Source: Octopus sinensis (lineage: Eukaryota). From it: a stretch of DNA of 64,000 nucleotides. The notes beneath the pieces are model-generated. The model saw nothing but the letters and a program-made list of their open reading frames with translations, was not told where the DNA came from and made no database searches. The DNA is taken from positions 16,430,001 to 16,494,000 of the forward strand of contig NC_043020.1 in the NCBI RefSeq assembly GCF_006345805.1, written 5' to 3'. The translations under genes and the position numbers were made by a program. Positions 40,174-51,060 of this stretch are shown here, in pieces (positions within the stretch are counted from its first letter, which is position 1; each line of letters opens with the position of its first letter).

Positions 40174-41351
40174 GTAAGCTTAAGGAAAAATGCTAGTTTC
40201 TAAAAACTACAAACTGTATGATTGACGTGTCGAGAAATATTACAAAGTTTCTGAGTAAAAACCATGAATGGTTGAGAATGGTTTGCAGCGATGAACAGGT
40301 AATGAAATAAATAGGATTTGATTCCTATAAAATGAGAATCTGAAGAATAAATGGAAATTGATATTGTTTTGTTTTGTTTTTTGTTTTTTTTTCTGAAATA
40401 GTATTTGTACGAGTGGTGGGTATTTGGTAAGAAAATGCTGCATGATAGCAAGACCATTATAGTATTGGAGCGTGAATAAAAATGGAATGATCTACTTGTT
40501 GTTGAGGGGGAAAATTCGATACAAATTTGTCTTCACTAATGTTTCTATCTCCTAAAAACCAAAAGAAATGCATTTAGATATTTCAGAATTCAGAAATTGT
40601 AAGAAGTAAAAAAAAAAATCCATAATATATACCTTTCTGCAAAGGAAAGAGGTTGTCCTTGGGATTGAAAGGTCATAGTTTCAAGTGCAAAATTTGGATG
40701 GACTGTAAATGACTTTACCACTATACATACATACATGCATGCATGCACACAGACACACACACATATATACACACACTATAATGTAGAAGCTGTATAGTAT
40801 ATTAAAATATATTTTACATATTGCAAATGTTATCTGGTGTAGAACTCAGTACATTGAATAAAGTGGCATAGAGCAAACTCAGAATAAACTGACATTAACT
40901 TTTTATAAAATAAACCTCTCTCTTTCTCTCTCTTATATAATCATCATCATTTAATGTTCATTTTCCATGCTGGCATGGGTTAGATGGTTTGATTCTATTT
41001 GATCCAAAGATGGGACCCTGATAGGTACTACTATTCTGAGTCGAAACAGACCTGGAAGTAGTGGTAATGCCGTGAAACTGAACCCAAAACCATGTGGCTG
41101 GGAAGGAAACTTCTTACCACTCAGCCACATCTGTGCCTATCTTTCGTGTTTTTTTTTTTTTGTTTTTACACATATATTATTTCTAGAAAGATATCTAATA
41201 TGTTCTTTACTTTTTCAGAACAGTAGGGTGAGACATAACTGAAATTTAGCTGTTATTTCTAATTAGTAGAATGACTCCATAGAGGCTTTCTTGTTGGCTT
41301 GTTAATATAGGAGTTATTTAGGGTTGTTTAATAGTTTCTTTTTTTGTGTAG

Positions 41352-41384
41352 GTATCTTGAATGTATGAACAGAGACCCTTTGAT
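41352..41384 (+). CDS. Candidate 33-nt phase-2/2 exon (xYLECMNRDPLx)
   Basis: ttcttttttttgtgtag acceptor, GAT|gtgagt donor, only one open frame. Confidence 0.28.
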
Positions 41385-41724
41385 GTGAGTCTAGCAGTCT
41401 TAAGAAGTGAGGAATAAGTAGGTTGTCTGTCCAGGTCAGATTGTTTGGCAAATACTGTCAGTCATTTTAAACATTGATTTTCTTTTTTCTGTTTTCATTG
41501 TCTTAAAACTTAATGAAGAAGTAAATGATTTAATGCAATTAACAGAATTGAACTGGATTACACGAAACTATTTAAATAGCTAACAATATCAAAATTTGTT
41601 TTTAGGAGGTTACAAGTGATTATGACTGTTAAAAACCTCCCTTAATTAATTTATCAGCTCATACTATATTACACATATGTGAGGCCCTACCATATTTAGT
41701 ATGATTCCCTGAGCTTTCTGTCCA

Positions 41725-42008
41725 CAAACACGTGTACCCTTAACGTAGTTCTCGGGGATTTTCAGCGTGACACAGAGAGTGACAAGGCCGGCCCTTTGAA
41801 ATACAGGTACAACAGAAACAGGAAGTGAGAGTGAGAGAAAGTTGTGGTGAAAGAGTACAGCAGGGATCACCACCATCCTCTGCCGGAGCCTCGTGGAGCT
41901 TTAGGTGTTTTCGCTCAATAAACACTCACAACGCCCGGTCTGGGAATCAAAACCGCGATCCTATGACTGCGAGTCCGCTGCCCTAACCACTGGGCCATTG
42001 TGCCTCCA
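41725..42008 (-). mobile_element. SINE family C, 3'-truncated
   Basis: Near-identical to 39181-39565. Confidence 0.85.
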
Positions 42009-42564
42009 CGGGAGCATCATAGCCATGTATTGAGAGAGACATTTGGGGGTTGAATAAATGTAAGAAAAGCAAAGTTTGAAGGAATATTAGCCATTTTTCA
42101 CACTTTCTAGGGGTAAGTAAATAAGAAATAACAGTTGCCACCTAAGGACAAAAATTGTGTCACACAGTGTTATATATCTTTGGAAATCTGAATTGCATAA
42201 ATATTACTCTTGGTTATTACAATTAATGAAATACCAAAGGTAAAGTCAGATACAATTATTGCATCTGAAATTTCTAACTAGATACAAATCTTGTATTTTA
42301 AATGGATGAAAATACAACTCTTTTACTTGTTTCAGTCAGTTGACTGTGGCCATGCTGGAGCACCACTTTTAGTTGAGCAAATCGACCCCAGGACTTATTC
42401 TTTGGAAGCCTAGTACTTATTCTATTGGTCTCTTTTGGCAAACTGCTAGATTACAGGGACGTAAACACACCAGCATCGGTTGTCAAGTGATGTTGGGAGG
42501 ACAAACACATAAACACACACATATCTATATATATATATATTATATATATATATATATATATAGG

Positions 42565-42598
<34 letters not shown>

Positions 42599-42631
42599 TA
42601 TATACATATATACGATGGGCTTCTTTCACTT

Positions 42632-43455
42632 TCTGTCTACCAAATCCACTCACAAGTCTTTGGTCGGCCTGAGGCTATAGTGGAAGACACTTGCCCAAGG
42701 TGCCATGCACTGGGACTGAACCTGGAACCATGTGGTCAGTAAGCAAGCTACTTACCACACAGCCACTCCTGCGCCTTGATTAAAAATATCATGTGTATAT
42801 ATCTATTTTTTATTTGTTTCAGTCATCAGACTGCAGCCATGCTGGGGCACTGCCATTTTAGTCAAACAAATCAATCCCAGTATTTTTTTTTTCCAAAGCC
42901 TAGTTTATACTCTATCAATCTCTTTCGCCGAAATGCTAAGTTATGGGGACTTGAATACACCAACATTGATTGCCAAGTGGTGGTAGGGGACAAGAACACA
43001 CACAAAGACACACATGATGGGCTCATTTCAGTATCTGTCTACCAATCCACTCACAAGTCTTTGGTCGGCCTGAGGCTATAGTGGAAGACACTTGCCCAAG
43101 GTGCCATGCACTGGGACTGAACCTGGAACCATGTGGTCAGTAAGCAAGCTACTTACCACACAGCCACTCCTGCGCCTTGATTAAAAATATCATGTGTATA
43201 TATCTATTTTTTATTTGTTTCAGTCATCAGACTGCAGCCATGCTGGGGCACTGCCATTTTAGTCAAACAAATCAATCCCAGTATTTTTTTTTTCCAAAGC
43301 CTAGTTTATACTCTATCAATCTCTTTCGCCGAAATGCTAAGTTATGGGGACTTGAATACACCAACATTGATTGCCAAGTGGTGGTAGGGGACAAGAACAC
43401 ACACAAAGACACACATGATGGGCTCATTTCAGTATCTGTCTACCAAATCCACTCA
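42632..43455. repeat. Near-identical 401/402-bp tandem duplication bounded by SINE homology
   Basis: Duplicated ORFs at 42776 and 43177; tctgtctacca(a)atccactca at 42632, 43034 and 43435. Confidence 0.9.
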
Positions 43456-43838
43456 AGGCTTTAGTCAACCCATGGCTATAGTAGAAGTCCAAGGTGACCC
43501 ATGGCTATTGTAGAAGCCCAAGGTGCCACATAGTGGGACTGAACCTGGAACCATGTGGTTAAGAAACAAACTTCTTACTACACAACCACACCTTAGTGTA
43601 AGGTGAGGTAAAATAAAGAATGTGTGTGTGTGTGTATGTGTATGTACACATAAAATCATGATGGTAATCACTTGAATAAAGCATCAACTCAGATCTCTTC
43701 TTATGCTCATTCTATCATTATTGTAATACATGCTGATCATAAGCTCAGAACTTAAAACTTTTTATATCTCATCTTAACCCCTTGCTGACAGATTTAGTAC
43801 AGATAGTCTGTATTGCGTACTGGTATTGGGCCATTCAG

Positions 43839-44217
43839 GAGGCGCAATGGCCCAGTGGTTAGGGCAGTGGACTTGCGGTCGTAGGATCGCGGTTTCGATT
43901 CCCAGACCGGGCGTTGTGAGTGTTTATTGAGCGAAAACACCTAAAGCTCCACGAGGCTCCGGCAGGGATGGTAGTGATCCCTGCTGTACTCTTTCACCAC
44001 AACTTTCTCTCACTCTTACTTCCTGTTTCTGTTGTACCTGTATTTCAAAGGGCCGGCCTTGTCACTCTCTGTGTCACGCTGAATATCCCCGAGAACTGCG
44101 TTAAGGGTACACGTGTCTGTGGAGTGCTCAGCCACTTACACGTTAATTTCACGAGCAGGCTGTTCTGTTGATCGGATCAACCGGAACCCTCGTCGTCGTA
44201 ACCGACGGAGTGCTTCC
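43839..44217 (+). mobile_element. Full-length SINE family C with perfect 14-bp TSD
   Basis: attgggccattcag at 43825-43838 and 44218-44231; A box tggcccagtgg, B-box-like ggtttcgattccc. Confidence 0.92.
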
Positions 44218-44499
44218 ATTGGGCCATTCAGTAACTACATCATTTTTCATACAAGGAATTTTACAGTGTTTTCACTGTGGTATATTTGAAAACAACAATG
44301 CTTCAGTGTTTCAATGCAGTCAGTACCACTTCCCCGCTGCAAGGGGTCTGTTGTGTCTCAGGTCAGCTCTTAACTGACAGGACCATGTCGTATTATTATT
44401 TTCATTTTTATTTCATAAATAGTGTATTGGTTAGTCCTCATTACTCTGTAAGGAGCATTGGGCTGGTTTTTCGGTTTCTCTAGTGTGTGTATGTATATA

Positions 44500-44670
44500 T
44501 ATCATCATCATCATCGTTTAACATCCGTTCTCCATGCTAGCATGGGTTGGACGGTTCGACCGGGGAACTGGGAAGCCAGAAGGCTGCACCAGGCTCCAGT
44601 CTTATCTGGCAATGTTTCTACAGCTGGATGCCCTTCCTAACGCCAACCACTCCATGAGTGTAGTGGGTGC

Positions 44671-44675
<5 letters not shown>
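44500..44675 (-). mobile_element. Family B repeat, truncated by (TA)n
   Basis: (CAT)n-cgtttaacatccgttctccatgctagcatggg... Confidence 0.8.
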
Positions 44676-44711
<36 letters not shown>

Positions 44712-44714
<3 letters not shown>

Positions 44715-45017
44715 ACTTATAAATAAGGGCAAACAAAAAATTTCTAATGCCAAATATGCTGAAAATTGGACATAATGTCCATTTACCATATAATTTTTTT
44801 CCCAGTACGCACGCTACTCAAAAAAGGTCGACAAAAATCTCTAAAAAATTCCATTATTACCATATCGGACCGATTTCAGGGTTAGTTCAAAAAGAACCCT
44901 CCCTTCATCAGTGATACATGTGGCAAAAAAGTAAATGAGATACTTACTTATACCCATGGAAGAAGCAAACATATTTGGCATTAGAAATTTTTTCGTTTGC
45001 CCTTATTTATAAGTTGT
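44712..45017. mobile_element. 306-bp element with ~47-bp TIRs and an internal hammerhead
   Basis: acaacttataaataagggcaaac(g)aaaaaatttctaatgccaaatatg at 44712-44758, inverted at 44970-45017 (single indel). Confidence 0.85.
44862..44917 (-). ncRNA. Hammerhead ribozyme motif (slightly decayed)
   Basis: GUAUCA-CUGAUGA-AGGG..GUUC UUUUU GAAC..CCCU-GAAAU CG GUC^CGAUAU; intact core, A.C mismatch at the first stem I pair. Confidence 0.65.
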
Positions 45018-45098
45018 TTATAATTTAACCATTAAAGGTATTTTTTAATATGCTGGCCATTGATAGAATTTTTTTTCGAAAACATTTTATCCTACATT

Positions 45099-45138
<40 letters not shown>

Positions 45139-45326
45139 GTCCCTGCCAGTCCATTGCAGGATTACTCATTTTTAACAGCTGAGTGTACAGGAGTAATGTG
45201 AAATGAAGCATTTTGCTCAAGAACACTACACATTGCCCCGTCCTGGAATTGAAACCACAATCTTACAATCATGAGCCCAATTTCCTAACCACTAAGCCAT
45301 GTGCCTATGTAGTCATTAATACATAG

Positions 45327-45665
45327 TGTGAAGGCACATGGCTCAGAGGTTAGAGTGTTGGGCTTACAGCTATGTGGTAGTGAGTTTGATTCCTAGACTA
45401 GGCTTTATGTCATGTTTTTGAGCAAGATCCTTTTTTTACTTTGCTCCAGTTCACTCAGCTGTAGAAATGAGTTGCAACGTCACTGGTGCCAAGCTATATC
45501 GACCTTTGCCTTTCCCTTGGATAACATTGGTGGCATGGAGAAGAGAGGCTGGTATGCATGGGAAATTGCTGGTCTTCCATGAACAACCTTGCCCAGACTT
45601 GTATCTCAGAGGGGAACTTTCCAGATGCAATCCCAAGGTCATTCATGACCAAAGGGGGTCTTTAC
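45327..45665 (+). mobile_element. tRNA-derived SINE family D
   Basis: gtgaaggcacatggctcagaggttagag head; better-preserved copy at ~52455-52741; inverted 5' fragment at ~45140-45306. Confidence 0.75.
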
Positions 45666-45767
45666 CCATTACCTTTTATTGACTACTACATTGTCCAATG
45701 TGCTTTGAGGGAAATCTGGTTGCTATTTCTTCTTCAGTTCAGATGATTATGTAGAGACTTCCTCATA

Positions 45768-46095
45768 AGCGGAAAGTGTAACCTCTCGAAATAGCTGTTC
45801 TTCACTCCTGCTCCAGAGCGTCGGCTGCGGGGTCACTCCGATAAGCTCTATCTGCGACAATTTCATCTCAATCGAAGGAGAGGGGCTTTCTCCGTCCAGG
45901 TTGTGGATCCGTGGAATAAGCTGCCGGACGAGATAGTGAAGATGCCGACGACCGCTCGGTTCAAAGTCTCTCTTGACCAGAAATGGCCTGAACTCTTTGC
46001 ATGAACATCCTCCCTGTACATAACTCCATGTCCCCCTACATGGCCTTGCTTTTTGCTTTTTGAGCCAAAAAAGTAACTTAACTTAACTTAACTCA
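45768..46095 (+). mobile_element. CR1-clade LINE 3' end
   Basis: APERRLRGHSDKLYLRQFHLNRRRGAFSVQVVDPWNKLPDEIVKMPTTARFKVSLDQKW* (stop ends 46004), the typical RGH..KL..FS.RVV..WN.LP..FK..LD tail; (AACTT)n 3' repeat. Confidence 0.85.
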
Positions 46096-47834
46096 CTAGC
46101 TTCAAAGCGGGAGAGTGAATGAGTGAACTCATAAGCCACCTATGTTGACTTTGTTAATAGATTTACCACTTATTGATAAAAGTTTGATGTGTGTAGGGGG
46201 TTGTGGTGGGTGCGAATCAATGTAGGAGGTACAAGAACATATATCTTATCTTTTTCCTTGTTTCATTCATTGGACTGTGGCCATGCTGGGGTCCCCTCCT
46301 TGAAGAGTTTCGTTGAAAAATTGACCCCAGCATTTATCTTTAAATCTGGTACCTATTTTATCAGTCTTTTTTGCTGCACCACTAAGATATGAGGATGTAA
46401 ACAAACCTCCACCAGTTGTCAAGTGGTAGTGGGGGACAAACACAAGGCCACATACACACACACACACACACACACTTACATATATATCCAATATACATAT
46501 ATATCCAATATACATATATATCCAATATACATATATATCCAATGGGCTTCTTTCAGTTTCCATCTTCCGAATCCACTCACAAGACTTTGGTCAACCTGGA
46601 GTTATAGTAGTAGGCACTTCTCCAAGGTGCCTTGCAGTGGGATCAAACCCCAAACTATGCAGATAGAAAGCAAACCTCTTAACACACAGTCATGTTAGCA
46701 TCTGTAGTCTGGCCCATGGTGGAGAAAACTTCTGTTTTATCTCTCAGAATAATTAGTAAAGTTTCAGTGACATTGTTGAAATATTCCAGTTTCAAATTTG
46801 CTGAGTTTTAACTACTTTCTTGTTAATTAGCACTTGCATGTACAACAATTAGAGTTTCTTGTTTTTTTTCTTTCCCTCTCATATATAAAGATAATAGCAA
46901 TTCCATTGTTCAAGATAAATCAACTCCACCATGATCTGTTGTTAGAGATAATTATTCAGTTAGCCTCTTAACCTTTGTTAATAGTAGTTTAAAAAAAAAA
47001 CCAATAGAAAAGGTAACAAATCAAAAAACACATAACCTATTTTTTCTACTCTTAACAGACTTGAAACCCTCCCTCCACTTCCTCCACCTAGCTACTCACC
47101 AACTGTCACGTTTAATTTTATCTCCTATAATCTTGTTGTTTGTAGTCTATATTTCCCTATTCATTGATATCTTCATTTTCTTCAGTAGTTCAGTGAGCAA
47201 TTTGTAAAGTTTATAAAATAAGTCCATTTACCTGTAGTTGCAGTGAAATTGAGTTCTGACAGTCTTAGGCAGGTGCTCTTCTTTGACTACTTACCATTCA
47301 GAATTATTCTGTTGAATGCAATGTTTGTTTATTTATTGTGTTGAATTAATCATGCATATAGGTGCAGGTATGGCTGTGTGGTAAGAAGTTTGATTACCAA
47401 CCATGTGGTTCCAGGTTCAGTCCTACTGTGGCATCTTGGGCAAGTCTCTTCTGCTATAGTCAAGTATTTATTCTCCCTTTTTTTTTTTTTTGCTGATCCA
47501 CTAAGTCACGGGGACATAACTGTGTATGTGTCTGTGTTTGTCACACACACACACACACACTCAATGGGCTTCTTTCACTTCCCATCTACCAAATCCACCC
47601 ACAAGACTTTAGTTGGCCTGAGACTACAGTAGAAGACATTTACCCAAGCCATACAGTAGGATTGAACCTGAAACTCTGTGGCCAGGAAGCAAATTTCTTA
47701 CCACACATCTATGCCTGCACCTAAAATAACATTGTTAAAAATAAAGTAGTGAGTAACTGTATTATTTGCAATTATACTTGAAGATAAACCACATTTTAAT
47801 TGACAATCCTATGTGCTAAGAAGTTATACACAAT

Positions 47835-48146
47835 TTTTTTTTATTTATATTAAAATTTTTTAAATTTTATTTTATTTATTTATTTATTTATTTTTTAATA
47901 CAGTTTACTCGTCAAAAAGACAGCAAGCTGGCAGAAACGTTAGCATGCCGGGCGAAATGCTTAGCAGTATTTTGTCTGCCGTTACGTTCTGAGTTCAAAT
48001 TCCGCCGAGGTCGACTTTGCCTTTTGTTTTTCGGGGTCGATAAATTAAGTACCAGTTATGCACTGGGGTCGCTGTAATCGACTTAATCCCTTTGTCTGTC
48101 CTTCTTTGTCCCTCCTATGTTTAGCCCCTTGTGGGCACTAAAGAAA
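47835..48146 (+). mobile_element. Family-M SINE plus an extra A/T-rich 5' segment within an 18-bp direct repeat
   Basis: taagaagttatacacaat at 47817-47834 and 48147-48164. Confidence 0.7.
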
Positions 48147-48964
48147 TAAGAAGTTATACACAATATATCCAGACTAGTATCCTCAGCTCGATCGTAACAG
48201 TCACAGTGTTTTTTTTAATCTTCTTTTCTGCAGGCTTCTTCAGGTGCTTGTTGTATTCAGTAACATCCTCAGAATTTCGAATTGAAGCCTTTATTAAATT
48301 CACAGGGGTTGATTGATAGCATTTTATTATCCATTTCAAAAATATCCTCTTTTTTTTTTTTTTTTACTCGCTTATTTGTGATGATGCTTGTATACCACTG
48401 TACCAGTACACAACCAATTTTCTAGTGGCCTCAGTTCTAAAATCTTAACTCATTAGCTGCTGTGCTGGACTATCCATAATCATGTAGTAATAGTTTCATA
48501 TTTTAGAACAAGGCCAGCAATTTCATGGGAGTAGGGGCAAGTCAATTACATCAACCCTAATGTTCAGCGGATCCTTTTTTTTTTTTTCATTGACTCCAAA
48601 AGGATGAAAGGCAAAGTCCTGTTGTTGCACAAGCTGCTCCAGAAGAATTACACATCATCATCATCTTCATTTAACATCTGTTTTCCATGCTGGCATGGGT
48701 TGAACGGTTTGACAGGTGCTGCCCAGCTGAAGAGCTGTCTGGGTTCCATGTCCATTTTGGCATGGTTTCTACTACCTGATGCCCTTCCTAATGCCAACCA
48801 CTTCACAGAGTGTACTGGATGCTTTTACACAGCTCCGGCATGGGTACATTTTATGTGGCACCAGCACTCACAGGCCATAAACATTAAGAATGCTCAGCTA
48901 GAGAGGGATGCTGGGAACAAGCCTGTATGCAAGAATAACCACGCTTTTACTTAGCTTGGTGTAA

Positions 48965-49342
48965 TCTCTCTTTATATATATGTAAACGGCAAAATGTCTG
49001 TCTCTGTGTGTGTGTATACTTTATACAAATCCACAATTTTTCAGTTAGAGAGCTCACACTTTCTATGGTCATTCAAAACCGTCCAAGGGTGGTCGTGCAC
49101 ATCTTTACATTTCCCCAGTCACCCCGCAAAGCCATTAAAAAATCAATAGAAGTGACTTTTTTGCGAATTTTCTATCCAAAACCCAATCAAAATGCCCAAA
49201 ACTTGATACGCCAATTGAATGCCAGCTAGCTGTGTGTGATTGGTCGGAGATTTGGATAGTACTCGCATGTATGTGCGCATGCATGCAGCTGTATATGCAT
49301 GCACTAGCACTATGACCCAGCGTTGCCAGGTCATAGTGCTAG
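48965..49342 (+). mobile_element. Complete non-autonomous Helitron with a palindromic 3' end
   Basis: A|TCTCTCTTTATATATATGTAAA start; CTAG|T end; 15-bp perfect inverted arms 49303-49317 / 49329-49343. Confidence 0.8.
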
Positions 49343-49348
49343 TATTGT

Positions 49349-49571
49349 TTAACCTTTTTAACATTTTGATTATTCTGTCAAAGGTAATGCCTATTTATTC
49401 ACATCGTTTTAAATCAATCATGCATCATCTTGTAGCTTTGAAATTTCAATGAAGTGATTTTTAGAACAACGTTGAAAGATATGTGTAAGAGGCAGGACCT
49501 GGTTAATTCAAACATAAAACAGATAGAAAATCTTTGGCCAGATATGGTTGGTTTAAATGCAAAAGAGTTAA
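49349..49571. mobile_element. Family P piggyBac-type MITE
   Basis: ttaacc...aaatgcaaaagagttaa, body matches 2864-3091. Confidence 0.65.
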
Positions 49572-50409
49572 TTTTGGATCTGCTGGATTAGAACTTACCT
49601 GATGCTAAAGAACAACATCAGTGATATTTGCCATGATGATTTAGAAATATCTAAATTTGAGTGAACTAGATTACATCATCAAATATTTATATCATAATTA
49701 ATGATGCAGAAATACAGAATGTAAAGAGATGCTAATGGTAGCAAGAACTATGTTCCCTTTTAACAAATGGAATGTACAGTCATCATAAGCAGTGCCAATG
49801 TGCCTGCTGTTTCAAACAGTCCTGACCTTATTAGTTTCCAACACTAATGTATATAATTGCTGTTTTCCTCCTCTTAATGATAGTCTTAATTATCTTATCA
49901 AACAAGGACTCTCATTCCTATGCTAATTAGATTTAATCTTGGATGGAAAATTTTATCGATATTTACAACTTTACAGCTATACCAAAATCTATTTTGTCTA
50001 TGTGGAGAAGGAGAGGAATAGCTGCTGTGATAATGTTATTTTGGTTGCAGTGATAATATTAATTTTGCTCTGTCAAATTATTAAAGCAAATCAGATTGGG
50101 TAAATATGAAAATGTTTCATATCTTTAATACGACATGAAAGATATATATTGAGTGAAAGGTAATTTGATTTGGGAGATTTTCAGCTTCCACTTGTAATGT
50201 TATTTTATCCCGCTTAGTTTTATATTTTGCCAGTAAACCAAAGTTGTGCATAGCTGGCTGTTTGGTTAAGAAGTTCAATTTGCAAACATGGACATTTTGT
50301 GTTCAGTTCCACTATGTAGCACGCTAGACAGATGCCTTTGTTGTAACCTTGAGATTTCTAATACCCTATGACTGGAATTTGGAAGACTGAAACTGTGTGG
50401 AAACCTGTT

Positions 50410-50441
<32 letters not shown>

Positions 50442-50789
50442 TCTATACCAGTGTAAACACTGGTATTGCTTATGTTGTCTGATTGATTATGTTCCCATAG
50501 TTTGGTGGTCCAATAAATGGGGGGTCAACAGAATACAGACCAAGCTGAAAAAAAGTGCTAGGTGAGGGTGGTGGAATTAACCAAACTTTTGTTCATAGTA
50601 CCCCAGCATGGCCACAGACTGAAACTAGTAAAAGAATTCTAGAAATAAAATGTTATAGTTCAATAAAATAAGCATTGCTTTTTCTCCATCAGCTAAATAG
50701 CAGCACCTCTATATTTGTTTTTCAATAAACAAAGCTATATATATATATATTAATAAATAAAATAAAACATATGCATATATATATAAACA

Positions 50790-51010
50790 TATATGTACGT
50801 ACCTACCTCTACATGTACATATACACGCATATATGAGTACAGGACACCAAAGGGACGTCGAACACAAAGAGAAACGAATACATAGACACAAACCAAAGGA
50901 ACTGGACATTTATTTAAAAACAGCAAAAAAAAAATAGAATACAGGACAATTAACACAAGGAAAAACCCCTTCTTCAGTCGCTAAAGCTTTCACCTACTCT
51001 ACGTTTCGAA
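50790..51010 (-). mobile_element. (TA)n-flanked element with split hammerhead half-motifs
   Basis: Minus strand starts ccttcGAAACGTAgag...CTGAAGAagggg; no complete fold found. Confidence 0.35.
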
Positions 51011-51023
51011 GGATATATATATA

Positions 51024-51060
<37 letters not shown>

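Noticed and set aside
43839-43905. tRNA-like sequence
   Set aside because: A/B boxes present but no complete cloverleaf; it is the head of SINE family C
50965-51010. Type II (permuted) hammerhead reading of GAAACGUA...CUGAAGA
   Set aside because: The intervening sequence does not form a stem I hairpin
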